Origin: an uncultured Verrucomicrobiae bacterium
Lineage (GTDB): Bacteria; Verrucomicrobiota; Verrucomicrobiia; Limisphaerales; Palsa-1400
Direction of reading: 5' to 3'
DNA: 64,000 nt
NCBI GenBank assembly: GCA_963702845.1
Contig: OY969763.1
Location: 2,144,001-2,208,000, forward strand
Shown here piece by piece: positions 1 through 11,606 of the stretch. Position 1 is the stretch's first letter, and each line of letters opens with the position of its first letter. A program made the position numbers and the translations under genes. Below the pieces are notes generated by a model that saw nothing but the letters and a program-made list of their open reading frames with translations, searched no databases and had not been told where the DNA came from.

Positions 1-3000
1 CCAACTGCAGAGACATTTCCAAACTGATCTTCTGAAACGAGCGAAGGCTGAGTGCCAAACGCCGCACCCGCAGTTGCTGATCCAGGTTGAGTTAAGAACA
101 CCAAATGATTGGCAGCAGCAGGGGAGACCGTGACGGAACTCGATGTAATTGAAGTCAACGACCCACTGGTAAATGTGATTGTGATGTTACCCGCCACCTG
201 ATGTGACGTATTTGTATACGTCGCAATACCCGATGAAACCGTCATGTTCAACGTTCCCTGCAATGTTCCGACTCCGGCACTTCGCGCCGCTGTCACAACG
301 CTCGTGTTGTCATCATTGACCAAATTGCCGTAAGCATCTTCGATTCGAATGATTGGCTGTTGTGCAAAATCCACACCGGCAGTGGCCGTCGACGAAGGCT
401 GTTGCTGAATCGCCAGCGCCGACGCGGTGGCATGATTCACTGTAAAGATGCTGCTCAGCGCGCTCGCCAAACCCGCCGCGCTTGCCGTCAGTTGCTTATT
501 GATGCCCCCGACATCAATTCGCAAATCCGTGAACGTCACGGTTCCATTACCAGCTGCAGTCCCGATGTCTTGCGTCGTAGTCCCTTGCAACGGGCCCGTT
601 CCGGAAGTCAACGCCATCGTAACATTTAAATTAGCCGGCAATCCAACAGCCGAAGTATTTCCAAATTGGTCCTCGGTAATTAGCGAAGGTTGGCCGCCAA
701 AAACAGAGCCGGCAGTGGCTGATCCGGGCTGGGCCATATACACAAGATGATTCGCAGCCGCCGGACTAACCGCAATCGACGTCGATGTTGCCGAAGTCAA
801 TGAACCGCTCGTGAACGCAATCGTGATATTACCCGCAACATTATGTGAAAGATCGGTGAAGGTAGCGACGCCTCCGACTGCGGTTGCATTGACCGTCCCT
901 TGCAAACTGCCAGTGCCAGCAGCGCGTGTGGCCGTCACAACGGTGCTATTGTCGTCGTTCACTAAATTGCCAAAAACATCTTCAATGAGAACGATCGGCT
1001 GTTGCGCCAATGCAACACCAGCAGTTGCCGTGGACGAAGGTTGTTGTTGAATCACCAGCGTCGACGCCGCAGCGTGATTAACCGTGAATACGCTGCTCGA
1101 AGCTCCAGTCAATCCGCTCGCGCTCGCGCTCAATTGTTTATCTGTTCCAGTGACGTCGATGCGCAAATCCGTAAACGTCACCGTTCCGTTTCCAGCAGCT
1201 GTGCCGATGTCCTGCGTGGTCGAGCCCTGCAGCGGTCCTGTGCCAGCGGACAGCGCGATCGTCACGTCCAGGTTCGCCGATAATCCAACCGACGATGCAT
1301 TTCCGAACTGGTCTTCGCTGATCACCGACGGCTGTGTTCCAAACGCAGCGCCAGCCGTAGCCGATCCCGGTTGCGTCACGAACACGAGATGATCCGCAGC
1401 TGCCGGACTAATAGCGATTGAATCCGACGTGGCCGATGTCAGAGCGCCGCTCGTAAACAGAACTGTGATATTTCCAGCGATGTTGTGAGACAAATTCGTG
1501 AAGGCGGCCACACCGCTCGAAACAGGAATGTTCAACGTGCCTTGCAACGGACCGGTCCCCGTAGTGCGCGCCGCAGTAACGACGCTGCTGTTGTCATCGT
1601 TGATTAAATTACCGAACGCATCCTCAATCCGAACGATCGGCTGTTGCGCGAAATCAACACCGGCCGTGGCCATAGTGGAAGGCTGTTGTTGAATGTTCAA
1701 CGCTGCCGCCGCCGCGTGATTCACCGCAAACGTGCTGCTGGTCGCACTCGTCAAACCACTCACACTTGCCGTGATTTGTTTGTTGCCCGTCGCATCAATG
1801 CGCAAATTGGTAAACGTCACCGTGCCGTTGCCAGCAGCAGTGCCAATATCTTGTGTGGTCGTGCCCTGTAACGTCCCCGTGCCGGACGACAATGCGACAG
1901 CTACATTCAAATTGGAGGGCAATCCAACCGCTGACGAGTTGCCGAATTGATCTTCCGAAATTAACGAGGGTTGGGTTCCAAAAGCCGAACCAGCCGTTGC
2001 CGAACCTGGCTGCACAGTGAACACCAAGTGATCAGCCGCTGCCGGGCTTACAGCAACAGAACTGGACGTGGCAGAACTTAACGAGCCACTTGAGAATGTG
2101 ATGGTGATATTTCCAGCGACGTTGTGCGCCAAGTTCGCAAATGTCGCTACCCCCGACGAGGCCGTGGCAGTCAACGTTCCTTGCAGCGTTCCGGTTCCGG
2201 AATTGCGCACAGCGGTGATGACGGTGCTGCTATCGTCGTCAATTAAATTTCCAAATGCGTCCTCAATCCGAACGATCGGTTGTTGTGCAAAAGCCACACC
2301 AGCCGTCGCTGTGGACGACGGTTGCTGCTGAATCGTCAACGCCGCCGCCGCCGCGTGATTCACCGCAAACGTGCTGCTGGTCGCACTCGTCAAGCCACTC
2401 ACACTTGCCGTGAGTTCCTTGTCAACTCCCGCGACATCAATTCGCAAATCCGTGAACGACACAGTTCCGTTTCCAGCCGTCGTGCCGATATCCTGAGTCA
2501 TCGTCCCTTTCAACGGACCAACCCCCGCCGACAACGTCACCGTCACATCCAGGTTCGCTGCCAAACCAACAGTGGATGCGTTGCCGAATTGATCTTCCGA
2601 AATCAAAGAAGGCTGCGTCCCGAAGATGGACCCCGCCGTTACCGAACCGGGTTGCACAACAAAAACCAAATGATCCGCCGCCGTCGGACTGACCGCAATC
2701 GAACTCGATGTCGCTGAAGAAAGCGATCCACCCGCAAAGCTAATCGTGATGTTCCCAGCAACGTTGTGCGACAAGTTGGTAAACGTCGCCACACCCGCTG
2801 CTGCCGTGATGTTCAATGTTCCTTGAAGCGTTCCCGCGCCCGCATTTCGCGACGACGCCACCACAGTGCTGTTATCGTCATCAACCAAATTTCCAAACGC
2901 ATCCTCGATGCGAATAATCGGCTGCTGCGCAAACTCAACACCTGCCGTGGCCGTTGAAGACGGTTGCTGTTGAACTGCCAGCGCCGAAGCCGCCGCGTGA

Positions 3001-5762
3001 TTCACCGTAAAAACAGAACTGGCAGCCCCAGTCAGACCACTCGCAGTCGCGCTGAGTTGTTTATTGTTCCCGGCGACATCGATACGCAAATCAGTGAACG
3101 TGACCGTTCCATTTCCTGCAGCCGTGCCGATATCCTGAGTCGTCGTCCCTTGCAATGGACCCGGACCAGCCGACAACGTCACCGTCACATCCAGATTAGC
3201 GGGCAACCCGACGGTTGATGAATTCCCAAATTGGTCTTGAGAAACGAGCGAAGGTTGAGTGCCAAACGCCGCACCTGCGGTTGCAGAACCGGGTTGTGCC
3301 GTAAACACGAGATGATCCGCCGCCGCAGCACTAACCGCAACCGAACTCGACGTAACAGATGCGAGCGACCCACTTGAAAACGTAATCGTAATGTTCTCCG
3401 CAACGTTGTGGGCCAAATCCGTAAATGTCGCGACGCCGCTCGAAGTGGTAATATTGAGCGTTCCCTGTAGCGTTCCTGTGCCGGCGTTGCGCGCCGCCGT
3501 CACGACTGTGCTACTGTCATCGCTGATCAGATTTCCAAAAGCATCCTCAATACGAACAACCGGCTGCTGCGCAAACGCTGCGCCCGCCGTCGCCGTTGAA
3601 GACGGCTGTTGTTGAATAGTCAGTGTTGAAGCTGCGGCGTGGTTCACCGCGAAGCTGCTGCTCGTCGCACTCGTCAAACCACTCGCGCTCGCGGTGAGTT
3701 GCTTGTTACCCGCGGCATCAATCCGCAAATCGGTAAACGTCACCGTGCCGTTGCCCGCTGCTGTTCCGATGTCTTGCGCGGTCGTGCCCTGTAGCGATCC
3801 GGTTCCAGATGACACCACAACCATTACATTCAAGTTCGCCGACAATCCGACTGCGGACGCATTACCGAACTGATCTTGCGCAATCAACGAAGGTTGTACG
3901 CCGAATGCAGCGCCCGCTGTTGCAGACGCCGGTTGCGTTGTGAATACAAGGTGATCTGCCGCTGCGGGACTAATCGTGATGGACGAGGACGTCGTGGAAG
4001 TAAGCCCACCACTCGAAAATGAAATTGTGATGTTTCCCGCCACGTTGTGCGCCAAATCGGTAAACGTCGCTATGCCCCCGGAAACCGTCGCGGTCAACGT
4101 TCCCTGCAATGTCCCCGTACCGGCATTACGCGCAGCCGTCACGACGGTGCTATTGTCATCATCAACCAGATTACCAAAAGCGTCTTCAATCCGCACGATT
4201 GGCTGTTGCGAAAACGCCACACCCGCCGTCGCGCTCGACGACGGCTGTTGTTGAATCGCCAGCGCCGACGCCGACGCATGATTAACTGTAAACGCGCTGC
4301 TCGTGGCGCCCGTTAAACCGCTCGCGCTTGCTGTCAGTTGTTTGCTGCCCGCAGTATCAATGCGGAGGTTCGTAAACGTGACCATTCCGTTTCCGGCCGC
4401 AGTCCCGATATCCTGCGTTGTCGTTCCCTGAAATGATCCCGTGCCGGACGATAAGGCAATCGTAACATCCAGATTCCCAGGCAAGCCAACGGTGGAAGCG
4501 TTTCCAAATTGATCTTCAGTAACCAGCGACGGTTGGATTCCGAAAGCAGAGCCCGCCGTTGCTGAACCAGGTTGTGCCGAAAACACGAGATGATCCGCCG
4601 CCGCAGGACTAACCGCAACCGAACTCGAAGTCGCAGACGCGAGCGAACCACTCGAAAACGTAATCGTAATATTGCCCGCCACATTGTGCGCCAAATCCGC
4701 GAACGTAGCTACACCGCCGGAAACTGTCGCGGTCAAAGTTCCCTGCAATGTTCCCGAACCGGCGTTACGCACCGCCGTGATGACAGTGCTATTGTCGTCA
4801 TCCACAAGATTCCCGAAACCGTCTACGATGCGCACGATCGGTTGTTGCGAAAACGTCATACCCGCCGTCGCACTCGATGAAGGCTGCTGTTGAATTACCA
4901 GCGCCGATGCCGTTGCATGATTCACCGAAAACACAGAGCTAGTTGCGCTCGTCAAACCCGAAGCCGCCGCTATCAGTTGCTTATCCATCCCGGCGACATC
5001 AATCTGCAGATCTGTAAACGTCACCATCCCATTTCCTGCCGCCGTGCCGATATCCAAGGTCGATGTCCCTTGCAGACTCCCAGTGCCAGCCGAAAGAGTA
5101 ACCGTTACATCCAGGTTTGCTCCCAAACCACTCGTCGACGCATTGCCAAATTGGTCCTGAGTAACGACAACTGGCTGAGTCCCGAACGCCGCACCCGCCG
5201 TAGCAGACCCCGGCTGCGTCGTGAAAGCTAACGTCGCGACTGTTCCCGCCACTTCCGTCAAAGCCCCGTAATTTTCCGCAGGCGTCGAATCCAACGTAAA
5301 CGTGGCAGTCCCGGATTCCGAAACAGTCCCTGTTGCCAGCGGCGACCCCGCAGTCGGCCGCACCCCAATCCCGCTGCAGGTCAAAACCGACATCTCAGTG
5401 GCATCGCTCGGCGCCGAAACTTCAATGGTAATATTGGTCGAAGTAACGACCGCCGTTCCCGACGTCAGCACAACATCATCGCCACTACCGCTGCCAGTTA
5501 CCGTAACCGTCACAGTCGAGCTGGTATCAAATTCAAAACCAGCCGGGCAGTTCAGCACAATCGTGCCTGAACCGATGTCGCCGGTCGCGCCCTCAGTCAG
5601 CACAGGGCCGGTCAGGCTCGTAAATGTGGCTCCCGTGGAATCAGCCGAGATAGAATTGCCGCCGATAGCAGGGGTTAAGGTGACAGCCGCATGTGTTGCC
5701 ATTGCCAAAAGGCAAATGCATGCGACAGAACCCTGCAGAGACAGGCTCTTGAAGAATTTCAT
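1..5762 (-). CDS. Giant secreted/surface repeat protein (adhesin-like, tandem ~214-aa units of two beta-rich Ig-like subdomains); runs off the left edge
   Basis: Manual minus-strand reading from ATG at 5762: MKFFKSLSLQGSVACICLLAMATHA (signal peptide), then recurring motifs ADHLVFTTQPGSATAGAAFG..QP, EDQFGN, QQQPSSTATAGV, IRIEDAFGNL every ~642 bp. Missing from the ORF track because its stop lies outside the window. Confidence 0.85.
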   Translation of the reverse strand, partial: MKFFKSLSLQGSVACICLLAMATHAAVTLTPAIGGNSISADSTGATFTSLTGPVLTEGATGDIGSGTIVLNCPAGFEFDTSSTVTVTVTGSGSGDDVVLTSGTAVVTSTNITIEVSAPSDATEMSVLTCSGIGVRPTAGSPLATGTVSESGTATFTLDSTPAENYGALTEVAGTVATLAFTTQPGSATAGAAFGTQPVVVTQDQFGNASTSGLGANLDVTVTLSAGTGSLQGTSTLDIGTAAGNGMVTFTDLQIDVAGMDKQLIAAASGLTSATSSVFSVNHATASALVIQQQPSSSATAGMTFSQQPIVRIVDGFGNLVDDDNSTVITAVRNAGSGTLQGTLTATVSGGVATFADLAHNVAGNITITFSSGSLASATSSSVAVSPAAADHLVFSAQPGSATAGSAFGIQPSLVTEDQFGNASTVGLPGNLDVTIALSSGTGSFQGTTTQDIGTAAGNGMVTFTNLRIDTAGSKQLTASASGLTGATSSAFTVNHASASALAIQQQPSSSATAGVAFSQQPIVRIEDAFGNLVDDDNSTVVTAARNAGTGTLQGTLTATVSGGIATFTDLAHNVAGNITISFSSGGLTSTTSSSITISPAAADHLVFTTQPASATAGAAFGVQPSLIAQDQFGNASAVGLSANLNVMVVVSSGTGSLQGTTAQDIGTAAGNGTVTFTDLRIDAAGNKQLTASASGLTSATSSSFAVNHAAASTLTIQQQPSSTATAGAAFAQQPVVRIEDAFGNLISDDSSTVVTAARNAGTGTLQGTLNITTSSGVATFTDLAHNVAENITITFSSGSLASVTSSSVAVSAAAADHLVFTAQPGSATAGAAFGTQPSLVSQDQFGNSSTVGLPANLDVTVTLSAGPGPLQGTTTQDIGTAAGNGTVTFTDLRIDVAGNNKQLSATASGLTGAASSVFTVNHAAASALAVQQQPSSTATAGVEFAQQPIIRIEDAFGNLVDDDNSTVVASSRNAGAGTLQGTLNITAAAGVATFTNLSHNVAGNITISFAGGSLSSATSSSIAVSPTAADHLVFVVQPGSVTAGSIFGTQPSLISEDQFGNASTVGLAANLDVTVTLSAGVGPLKGTMTQDIGTTAGNGTVSFTDLRIDVAGVDKELTASVSGLTSATSSTFAVNHAAAAALTIQQQPSSTATAGVAFAQQPIVRIEDAFGNLIDDDSSTVITAVRNSGTGTLQGTLTATASSGVATFANLAHNVAGNITITFSSGSLSSATSSSVAVSPAAADHLVFTVQPGSATAGSAFGTQPSLISEDQFGNSSAVGLPSNLNVAVALSSGTGTLQGTTTQDIGTAAGNGTVTFTNLRIDATGNKQITASVSGLTSATSSTFAVNHAAAAALNIQQQPSTMATAGVDFAQQPIVRIEDAFGNLINDDNSSVVTAARTTGTGPLQGTLNIPVSSGVAAFTNLSHNIAGNITVLFTSGALTSATSDSIAISPAAADHLVFVTQPGSATAGAAFGTQPSVISEDQFGNASSVGLSANLDVTIALSAGTGPLQGSTTQDIGTAAGNGTVTFTDLRIDVTGTDKQLSASASGLTGASSSVFTVNHAAASTLVIQQQPSSTATAGVALAQQPIVLIEDVFGNLVNDDNSTVVTATRAAGTGSLQGTVNATAVGGVATFTDLSHNVAGNITIAFTSGSLTSATSTSIAVSPAAANHLVYMAQPGSATAGSVFGGQPSLITEDQFGNTSAVGLPANLNVTMALTSGTGPLQGTTTQDIGTAAGNGTVTFTDLRIDVGGINKQLTASAAGLASALSSIFTVNHATASALAIQQQPSSTATAGVDFAQQPIIRIEDAYGNLVNDDNTSVVTAARSAGVGTLQGTLNMTVSSGIATYTNTSHQVAGNITITFTSGSLTSITSSSVTVSPAAANHLVFLTQPGSATAGAAFGTQPSLVSEDQFGNVSAV

Positions 5763-5848
5763 GAGTAGATTCGTGAAGCGTAACTATCTCAAAATGCGGG
5801 TTTCCCGTAAAGCGCGAATACGGGGGAAACTGGCCAGCAATTAAGGGC

Positions 5849-6481
5849 TTAGTGCTGGACGAAATAACTCAAATTTTCCAACTCGATCGCCAGATTCACG
5901 TTGTTGACGACGACATCTTCCGGGACTGTCAAAACAATCGGCGAGAAATTCAAAATCCCGGTAATCCCAAGTGCCACCAACCGGTTCGCAACCTCCTGCG
6001 CCGCCGCCGCCGGCACTGTCAGGATTGCCATTTTTACCTGGCGCGCCTGCACAACATTTTCCAGTTGCGACAGTTCATAAATCGGCGTTGCAATCGTCTT
6101 GTCTCTGCGCCGCTTTGTGTCCACATCAAAGGCGCCCACAATTTCAAAGCCTTCCGCCGCAAATCCTTTATACGACAAAAGCGCCAAACCCAGGTTACCA
6201 ACGCCGATCAACACCACCGGCTGAAGACTATTCGTCCCGAGCAGGTCGGAAATCATGTGAGCCAATTGATCGACCTCATAGCCGAGGCCACGGGTGCCGA
6301 ATTGGCCGAAGTAAGTGAGATCTTTGCGAAGCTGTGTCGACTTAACACCCGCCGCTTTCGCCAGCGCTTCACTCGACACCGTGCGAATGCTGTTATTCTT
6401 GAGCCGCAACAAACACCGAAGATAGAGCGACAGCCGATAGATGGCTTTGCGCGGAATTTCGGGACGGATATTCTTTTTCAA
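5849..6481 (-). CDS. rex: Redox-sensing transcriptional repressor Rex
   Basis: RLSLYLR, QLRKDLTYFGQFGTRGLGY, GVGNLG Rossmann motif, GILNFSP. Confidence 0.95.
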   Translation of the reverse strand: MKKNIRPEIPRKAIYRLSLYLRCLLRLKNNSIRTVSSEALAKAAGVKSTQLRKDLTYFGQFGTRGLGYEVDQLAHMISDLLGTNSLQPVVLIGVGNLGLALLSYKGFAAEGFEIVGAFDVDTKRRRDKTIATPIYELSQLENVVQARQVKMAILTVPAAAAQEVANRLVALGITGILNFSPIVLTVPEDVVVNNVNLAIELENLSYFVQH

Positions 6482-6722
6482 CCAGTCGCAGGGTAGAAAA
6501 CCCTGCGACTCGAATCAAGGCGGCGTATTGACTAACGCCATTCACCATTATGCCATTGGTGGTGGTCGCCACACACCCCGTAATACGGTACGCGCCCTTA
6601 GCGTAACCACTATTCGGAAAAACCTGAGATTCCAGGTTCGGCGTTCCGGCACAGGCGTCCGCGCATCGATGCTTTTCTGATTTTGCTCCGCCCCGTTTAC
6701 CCTTAAGTTCCATCTGACTTGT

Positions 6723-8360
6723 ATGAAGATTGCGCTGGCACAACTCAACACAACCGTAGGCGACCTGTTAGGAAACGAGGCCAAAATCCTCAGTGCCTAC
6801 CAACGCGCCTGCGATCTCGGCGCCGAGTTGGTCGTTTTCCCTGAACTAACAACCGTCGGTTATCCACCGCGTGATCTGCTTCTCAAAAAAGATCTCGTCG
6901 CAAAAAACCTCGCGATGCTCAATCGCCTCGCCGGCGCGACTAAATCAACTGCCATACTCATCGGCTACGTCGCCGAACATAAAGACCAGCCTGGCCGCGA
7001 TCTCACCAACGAAGTCGCATTGCTCCAGGACGGCAAAATCGTCGCCGCTCGTACAAAAACTCTATTACCAACCTACGATGTATTCGATGAAGACCGCTAC
7101 TTCGAACCCGCGATCACCAATCCGCCCGTCGCCTTCGGTAAAAAATCTCTCGGCCTCACCATCTGCGAAGACATTTGGAACGACGAAGATTTCTGGCCGC
7201 AACGTCGCTATCGCGCCAACCCGGTCAGCAGCCTTCTGAAATCCGGAGTTGAAATAATCTTCAATGTCTCCGCCTCACCGTGGAGTCTCGGCAAAGACAA
7301 AGTTCGTTACGAAATGCTTTCCAGCATCGCGCGCAAATCCGGCAAACCGGTTGTCCTTTGCAATCTCGTCGGCGGCAACGACGAACTCGTCTTCGACGGC
7401 AATAGCCTGGTATTCAATGGAGCAGGGGGCCTCATCGCAAAAGCCAAAGCCTTCGACGAAGATTTCCTTTTCGTCGACACGCAAACATCCCCAGCCATAA
7501 AGCTGCCAGTCGTTTTCGACGAGGAAAACATTCACAACGCACTCGTCCTCGGTCTGCGAGATTATTTTCAAAAGTGCGGTTTCAAATCCGCTGTCCTTGG
7601 TCTCAGCGGCGGCATCGACTCTGCCCTCGTCGCGTATCTCGCAGCCAAAGCTCTTGGAGCCGAAAACGTTCACGGCATTTCGTTGCCTTCGCAATTCTCC
7701 TCCAAAGGCAGTTTGGACGACGCTCGCGAGCTGGCGAGAAATCTGGGGATCCAATACGACGTCATTCCCATTCAAACCGCTTTCGAATGCGCTAAAGCCC
7801 AGCTAAAACCGCTCTTCGGCGGCAAACCCGAAGACGCCACCGAAGAAAACATCCAGGCCCGGCTCCGCGGCGTCTTGCTCATGGGGCTATCAAACAAGTT
7901 CGGCTCACTCCTGCTCACCACCGGGAACAAAAGCGAACTCGCCGTTGGTTACTGCACGCTTTACGGCGACATGTGCGGCGGCCTCGCCGTCATCAGCGAC
8001 GTTCCGAAAACAATGGTCTACCGTCTCTCCAAATGGATTAATCGCGACCGCGAAATCATTCCGTTGTCGTCAATCTCCAAAGCTCCCTCTGCTGAATTAC
8101 GTCCGGACCAAACCGACCAGGACACATTGCCGCCGTACGAAACGCTCGACGCCATTCTCGATCACTACGTTGTCCACGGACGTTCACTACCGGAAATTAC
8201 CGGGCTCGGCTTCGACCGCGAAACCGTCCGTAAAATAATCCGCATGATCGACGTGAACGAATACAAACGCCGCCAGGCCGCACCGGGATTGAAAGTAACT
8301 ACAAAAGCCTTTGGAGTAGGCCGAAGATTCCCCATCGCCCAACGCTACCGCGAAGAATAA
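6723..8360 (+). CDS. nadE: Glutamine-dependent NAD+ synthetase
   Basis: N-terminal nitrilase domain (FPEL, ICEDIW) plus GLSGGIDS, NIQARLR, TGNKSE, KAPSAEL. Confidence 0.95.
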   Translation: MKIALAQLNTTVGDLLGNEAKILSAYQRACDLGAELVVFPELTTVGYPPRDLLLKKDLVAKNLAMLNRLAGATKSTAILIGYVAEHKDQPGRDLTNEVALLQDGKIVAARTKTLLPTYDVFDEDRYFEPAITNPPVAFGKKSLGLTICEDIWNDEDFWPQRRYRANPVSSLLKSGVEIIFNVSASPWSLGKDKVRYEMLSSIARKSGKPVVLCNLVGGNDELVFDGNSLVFNGAGGLIAKAKAFDEDFLFVDTQTSPAIKLPVVFDEENIHNALVLGLRDYFQKCGFKSAVLGLSGGIDSALVAYLAAKALGAENVHGISLPSQFSSKGSLDDARELARNLGIQYDVIPIQTAFECAKAQLKPLFGGKPEDATEENIQARLRGVLLMGLSNKFGSLLLTTGNKSELAVGYCTLYGDMCGGLAVISDVPKTMVYRLSKWINRDREIIPLSSISKAPSAELRPDQTDQDTLPPYETLDAILDHYVVHGRSLPEITGLGFDRETVRKIIRMIDVNEYKRRQAAPGLKVTTKAFGVGRRFPIAQRYREE

Positions 8361-8396
8361 TTGAGGTAGTACGTGTCGCTCCGCGCGCGCCGTGGG

Positions 8397-8786
8397 CTAC
8401 CTTAACAACTGATAAATCAAAGCCACCTGTCCCAGCGACAACGCCCCTAATGCAATCCACGTCAATATCTCCCGCGTCATCAAACTTTTTTGCCGCACCG
8501 CCTCAAAACTGAATCGCATTTTCACCGCTCCCGCTTCAATCAAATCGCCCTCACGTAACGCAGTTTCATTCACCTTTGCGCCGTTCACCACCGTGATAGC
8601 TTTGGGATTCGCAGTGAGCACCAACGACTGCGTCGTCGGCCATGAAATCGTGAAGTGCTGCTCCCAAACGCCGGAGTCCTCGAGCGCCAAAGAAGAAACT
8701 GCTGTGCGCCCAACCGCAAACGGCAGCTTTGAAATAGAGATGGTTGCGCCAGCCTTTTTTCCGGAAAGGATGTGCAGTTGGATCAT
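8397..8786 (-). CDS. FHA-domain protein with C-terminal membrane anchor
   Basis: VGR...GVWEQHF...VVNG...LREGDLIEAG FHA-like pattern; hydrophobic C-terminus. Confidence 0.7.
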   Translation of the reverse strand: MIQLHILSGKKAGATISISKLPFAVGRTAVSSLALEDSGVWEQHFTISWPTTQSLVLTANPKAITVVNGAKVNETALREGDLIEAGAVKMRFSFEAVRQKSLMTREILTWIALGALSLGQVALIYQLLR

Positions 8787-9416
8787 TTAGAACCAGCGGC
8801 GGGGCACTTCGACCGTGTCACCGGGATATACCTGTGGATCTTTTTCCGGATGGTCGATTGCCTGGTTCCAGTTGACGATTTCAACTTTTCCGGTCGAACG
8901 GATCAATTTAATCTTCTTACGATTCGCGTATTCAGTGAAACCTTGTGCCGCCTGGATGGCGCGCGTCACCGTGATCCCGCCGATATATTCATGCCGATCC
9001 GCTTTATTGACCTCGCCGCCGACATAAAAAAAACGTGTATCCGGCTCAACCGTCACGCCGAGTGTCTTGTAATAGTCCGGCACGTACTTGTCATAAATGA
9101 CCTGTTCCAATTCCTTCGTCGTTTTCCCCGCAGCCGGGATAGCTGGGAAATAGGGCAGGGCGATTGTCCCGTCCTCCTTCACCGTCACCTTATGATCCTG
9201 CGGCAAATTGGCTTGGCCCGACCGCGACGGCGGCACCAACGTAATCTTCACCGTATCACCCACACGCAACGGGATGCGATCCGCCGATGGCACATTCTTG
9301 CCCTCGGCTTTGGCACTGGCCGGTTGGCCGATCGTCGCGCATCCGGCGAACAGAATGCTCGCGCAAAACAGTGCTGCAATTGCGTAACCTGGTAACTTTC
9401 TCAACATCGGCATCAT
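8787..9416 (-). CDS. Polysaccharide export lipoprotein (Wza/Poly_export + SLBB)
   Basis: Lipobox FAGC; DGTIALPY..AAGKT; VGGEV..AIQAAQGFT; YPGDTVEVP. Confidence 0.9.
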   Translation of the reverse strand: MMPMLRKLPGYAIAALFCASILFAGCATIGQPASAKAEGKNVPSADRIPLRVGDTVKITLVPPSRSGQANLPQDHKVTVKEDGTIALPYFPAIPAAGKTTKELEQVIYDKYVPDYYKTLGVTVEPDTRFFYVGGEVNKADRHEYIGGITVTRAIQAAQGFTEYANRKKIKLIRSTGKVEIVNWNQAIDHPEKDPQVYPGDTVEVPRRWF

Positions 9417-9421
9417 ATCTA

Positions 9422-11606
9422 TCAGACTGCGTAATCTAGGTACTTTTGTTTAATTTCTGGAGCCGCCTCACTCAGCTTTACTACCGTATTTTCCTTACCG
9501 GTCGCATACTCGTAGTAACCGCTGTAGTAATAATAATTCTGATCCTGGCTCACGTTAATATTGTTCAGCACGATGCCCAGCAAATTCCCGCCAACTTTCA
9601 AAATCGTCTGCTTGGCGCGAATCGTCATCGGCTGCGGATAGCGGCGATATTGGATGACTTGCAACACCATGTCCATCTCGCTTGCCAGAATGCTCGCATC
9701 ACTCACACCCAGCAACGGCGGTGAATCGAAGAACACGAAGTCATACCGGCGTTTCACTTCCTGAATCAGTTCCTTCATCTGCGGCGAGCTCAAAATGCCC
9801 ATCGAACTGCTCGGCAACTTGCCACTCGCAATAAAGTCCAGCGTCGGCAATTTCGTGTGCTGAATCACTTCCTCCAACTGCTTCTGCTTGAGCAACACCG
9901 AAGTGAGCCCATTCGTGTTTTCCACGTGCATCAATTTGTGGATGCTCGGACGACGTAAATCCGAATCAATCACCAACACGCGATCCCCGCTCTGCGCGAA
10001 AATCGTCGCCAGATTGAACAACGTCGTCGACTTGCCTTCGCCAGCGCCACCGCTGAGCACCGACAACGTCTTAAGTTTGTCGTCCTTGCGCGAGAACAAC
10101 ACCTGCGTGCGCAACACCCGATACGCTTCAGCATGCGGACTGTCCGCACCGAGTTCCATCAGGTTGCCAACGTGCTGAGGAATGACCCCGAGCACTGGCG
10201 CCTGCAACGCGCGTTCCACGTCGTCGATCGTCTTCACGCTCGTATCGAGATATTCAATGAAGAACGCCAGGCCGATGCCGACAATCAATCCAACAATGAC
10301 ACCCAAAACAATATTCAGCATTACGTTCGGGCTCACCGGCTTTGACGCGGACGCGGGAGTCGCCGCATCGCGAACGACGACGATCGATTGCAGTGGCTGA
10401 TCATATTCCGCCTTCATCGTGTTCACGCGAAAACGCAAGTCGTCACGCACGCGGCGGGTGCTTTCCAATTCGTTCTTCGCGATCGGATACGCCTGCGTCT
10501 TGATCAACTTTTCGTTACGGCTTTTCGTAGCGTCATCGATCTGCTTGTCATATTCCAGCAACGCAGCCTTTTCGTTGGCTACGCGCTGTTGCAAACCAGC
10601 CAGCAAACCATCGATCTTCGCGTCCAACTGCTGTTGCGTGCGTTCCAACAACGCTTTCGCCGTCTTAAATTCAGGATTCTGTTCTCCCAAACTTTCCTTC
10701 AACGCGGTGACCTTCTGCTCCGCTTCGGCCCATTCCGAACTGAGCGTCACTAAACACAGGATCAAGCTGGCGCGGATAAGCCGACGTCAAACCCGTGCGC
10801 AACTGGTCCCGAGTCATCTTATTCAAACCGATAAGAATCTGATTGTCTTCCGTATAATCACGCGCCTGCGAACTGCGCGCGAACGCGAGGTTCTTGATCG
10901 TTTCCGTCTCAATCGTCGTGCTGACGTAAGGATTGTCCTGCACTTCCGAAATCCCCATTTCCGACCGCATCTTCGCCAAATCGCTTTCAGCCTTATTGAT
11001 CTGCGCCGTTTGCAGCTCCACCTGATCCTGCAGCGACTTCATACCGGGCGTATGTTCGTCTCGCCATTCATTGATGCGCGATTCCTTGTAACTATCCGCA
11101 ATCGAATTCGCGATCTTCGCCGCCAGGAACCGGTCGCTATTACGCACCCAGATTTCAATCAAGCTCGTGTTACGCGCCGGTTGCACCTTCACCAATTTCG
11201 ACAAATATAAGTAAGTCGTCTCCGCGTCCCACCTTTCTTCGCCCGCTTGCTTGGCCAGAATCGTGTCCAACCCAACCATCCCTTTATATTCCAAATTTTT
11301 GATCACCGGCTCCAGAATCGAGCGCGACTCAATCTTGCGGAACTCCGTCTGAATCCAGTAAGGGTCATAGCCCATACTCATATTGCCCATTCCGGTCATC
11401 GAAACCGACGCGTGCGACCGGTTCACCTCGATACACACCATGCTGGCATATTGCGGTTGGAGAACGAACTTCGTGAAGAGCGTGGTGGTGATGACTACCA
11501 GGAAGAACACCGTCAGAATCAGGGCTTTGCGCATTCTGATAATGCGCCAGTAATCCAAAAAGTGCAGTTTATTCTCTGGTGTTTCGGTCGTGTTAATAGG
11601 GTCCAT
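9422..11606 (-). CDS. Wzc/GumC-type chain-length regulator tyrosine autokinase, split by one frameshift near 10750
   Basis: N-terminal half (DYWRII + TM) in ORF 10671-11606; C-terminal half has EAYRVLRT, GEGKST, DSDLRRP, DSPP and a Tyr cluster YYYYSGYY. Confidence 0.88.

Noticed and set aside
360..5844. Many short plus-strand ORFs with repeating sequence
   Set aside because: Antisense shadows of the minus-strand repeat protein.
6482..6722. Rex operator or riboswitch between rex and nadE
   Set aside because: No TTGTGAA-N4-TTCACAA-like palindrome or recognisable riboswitch seen.
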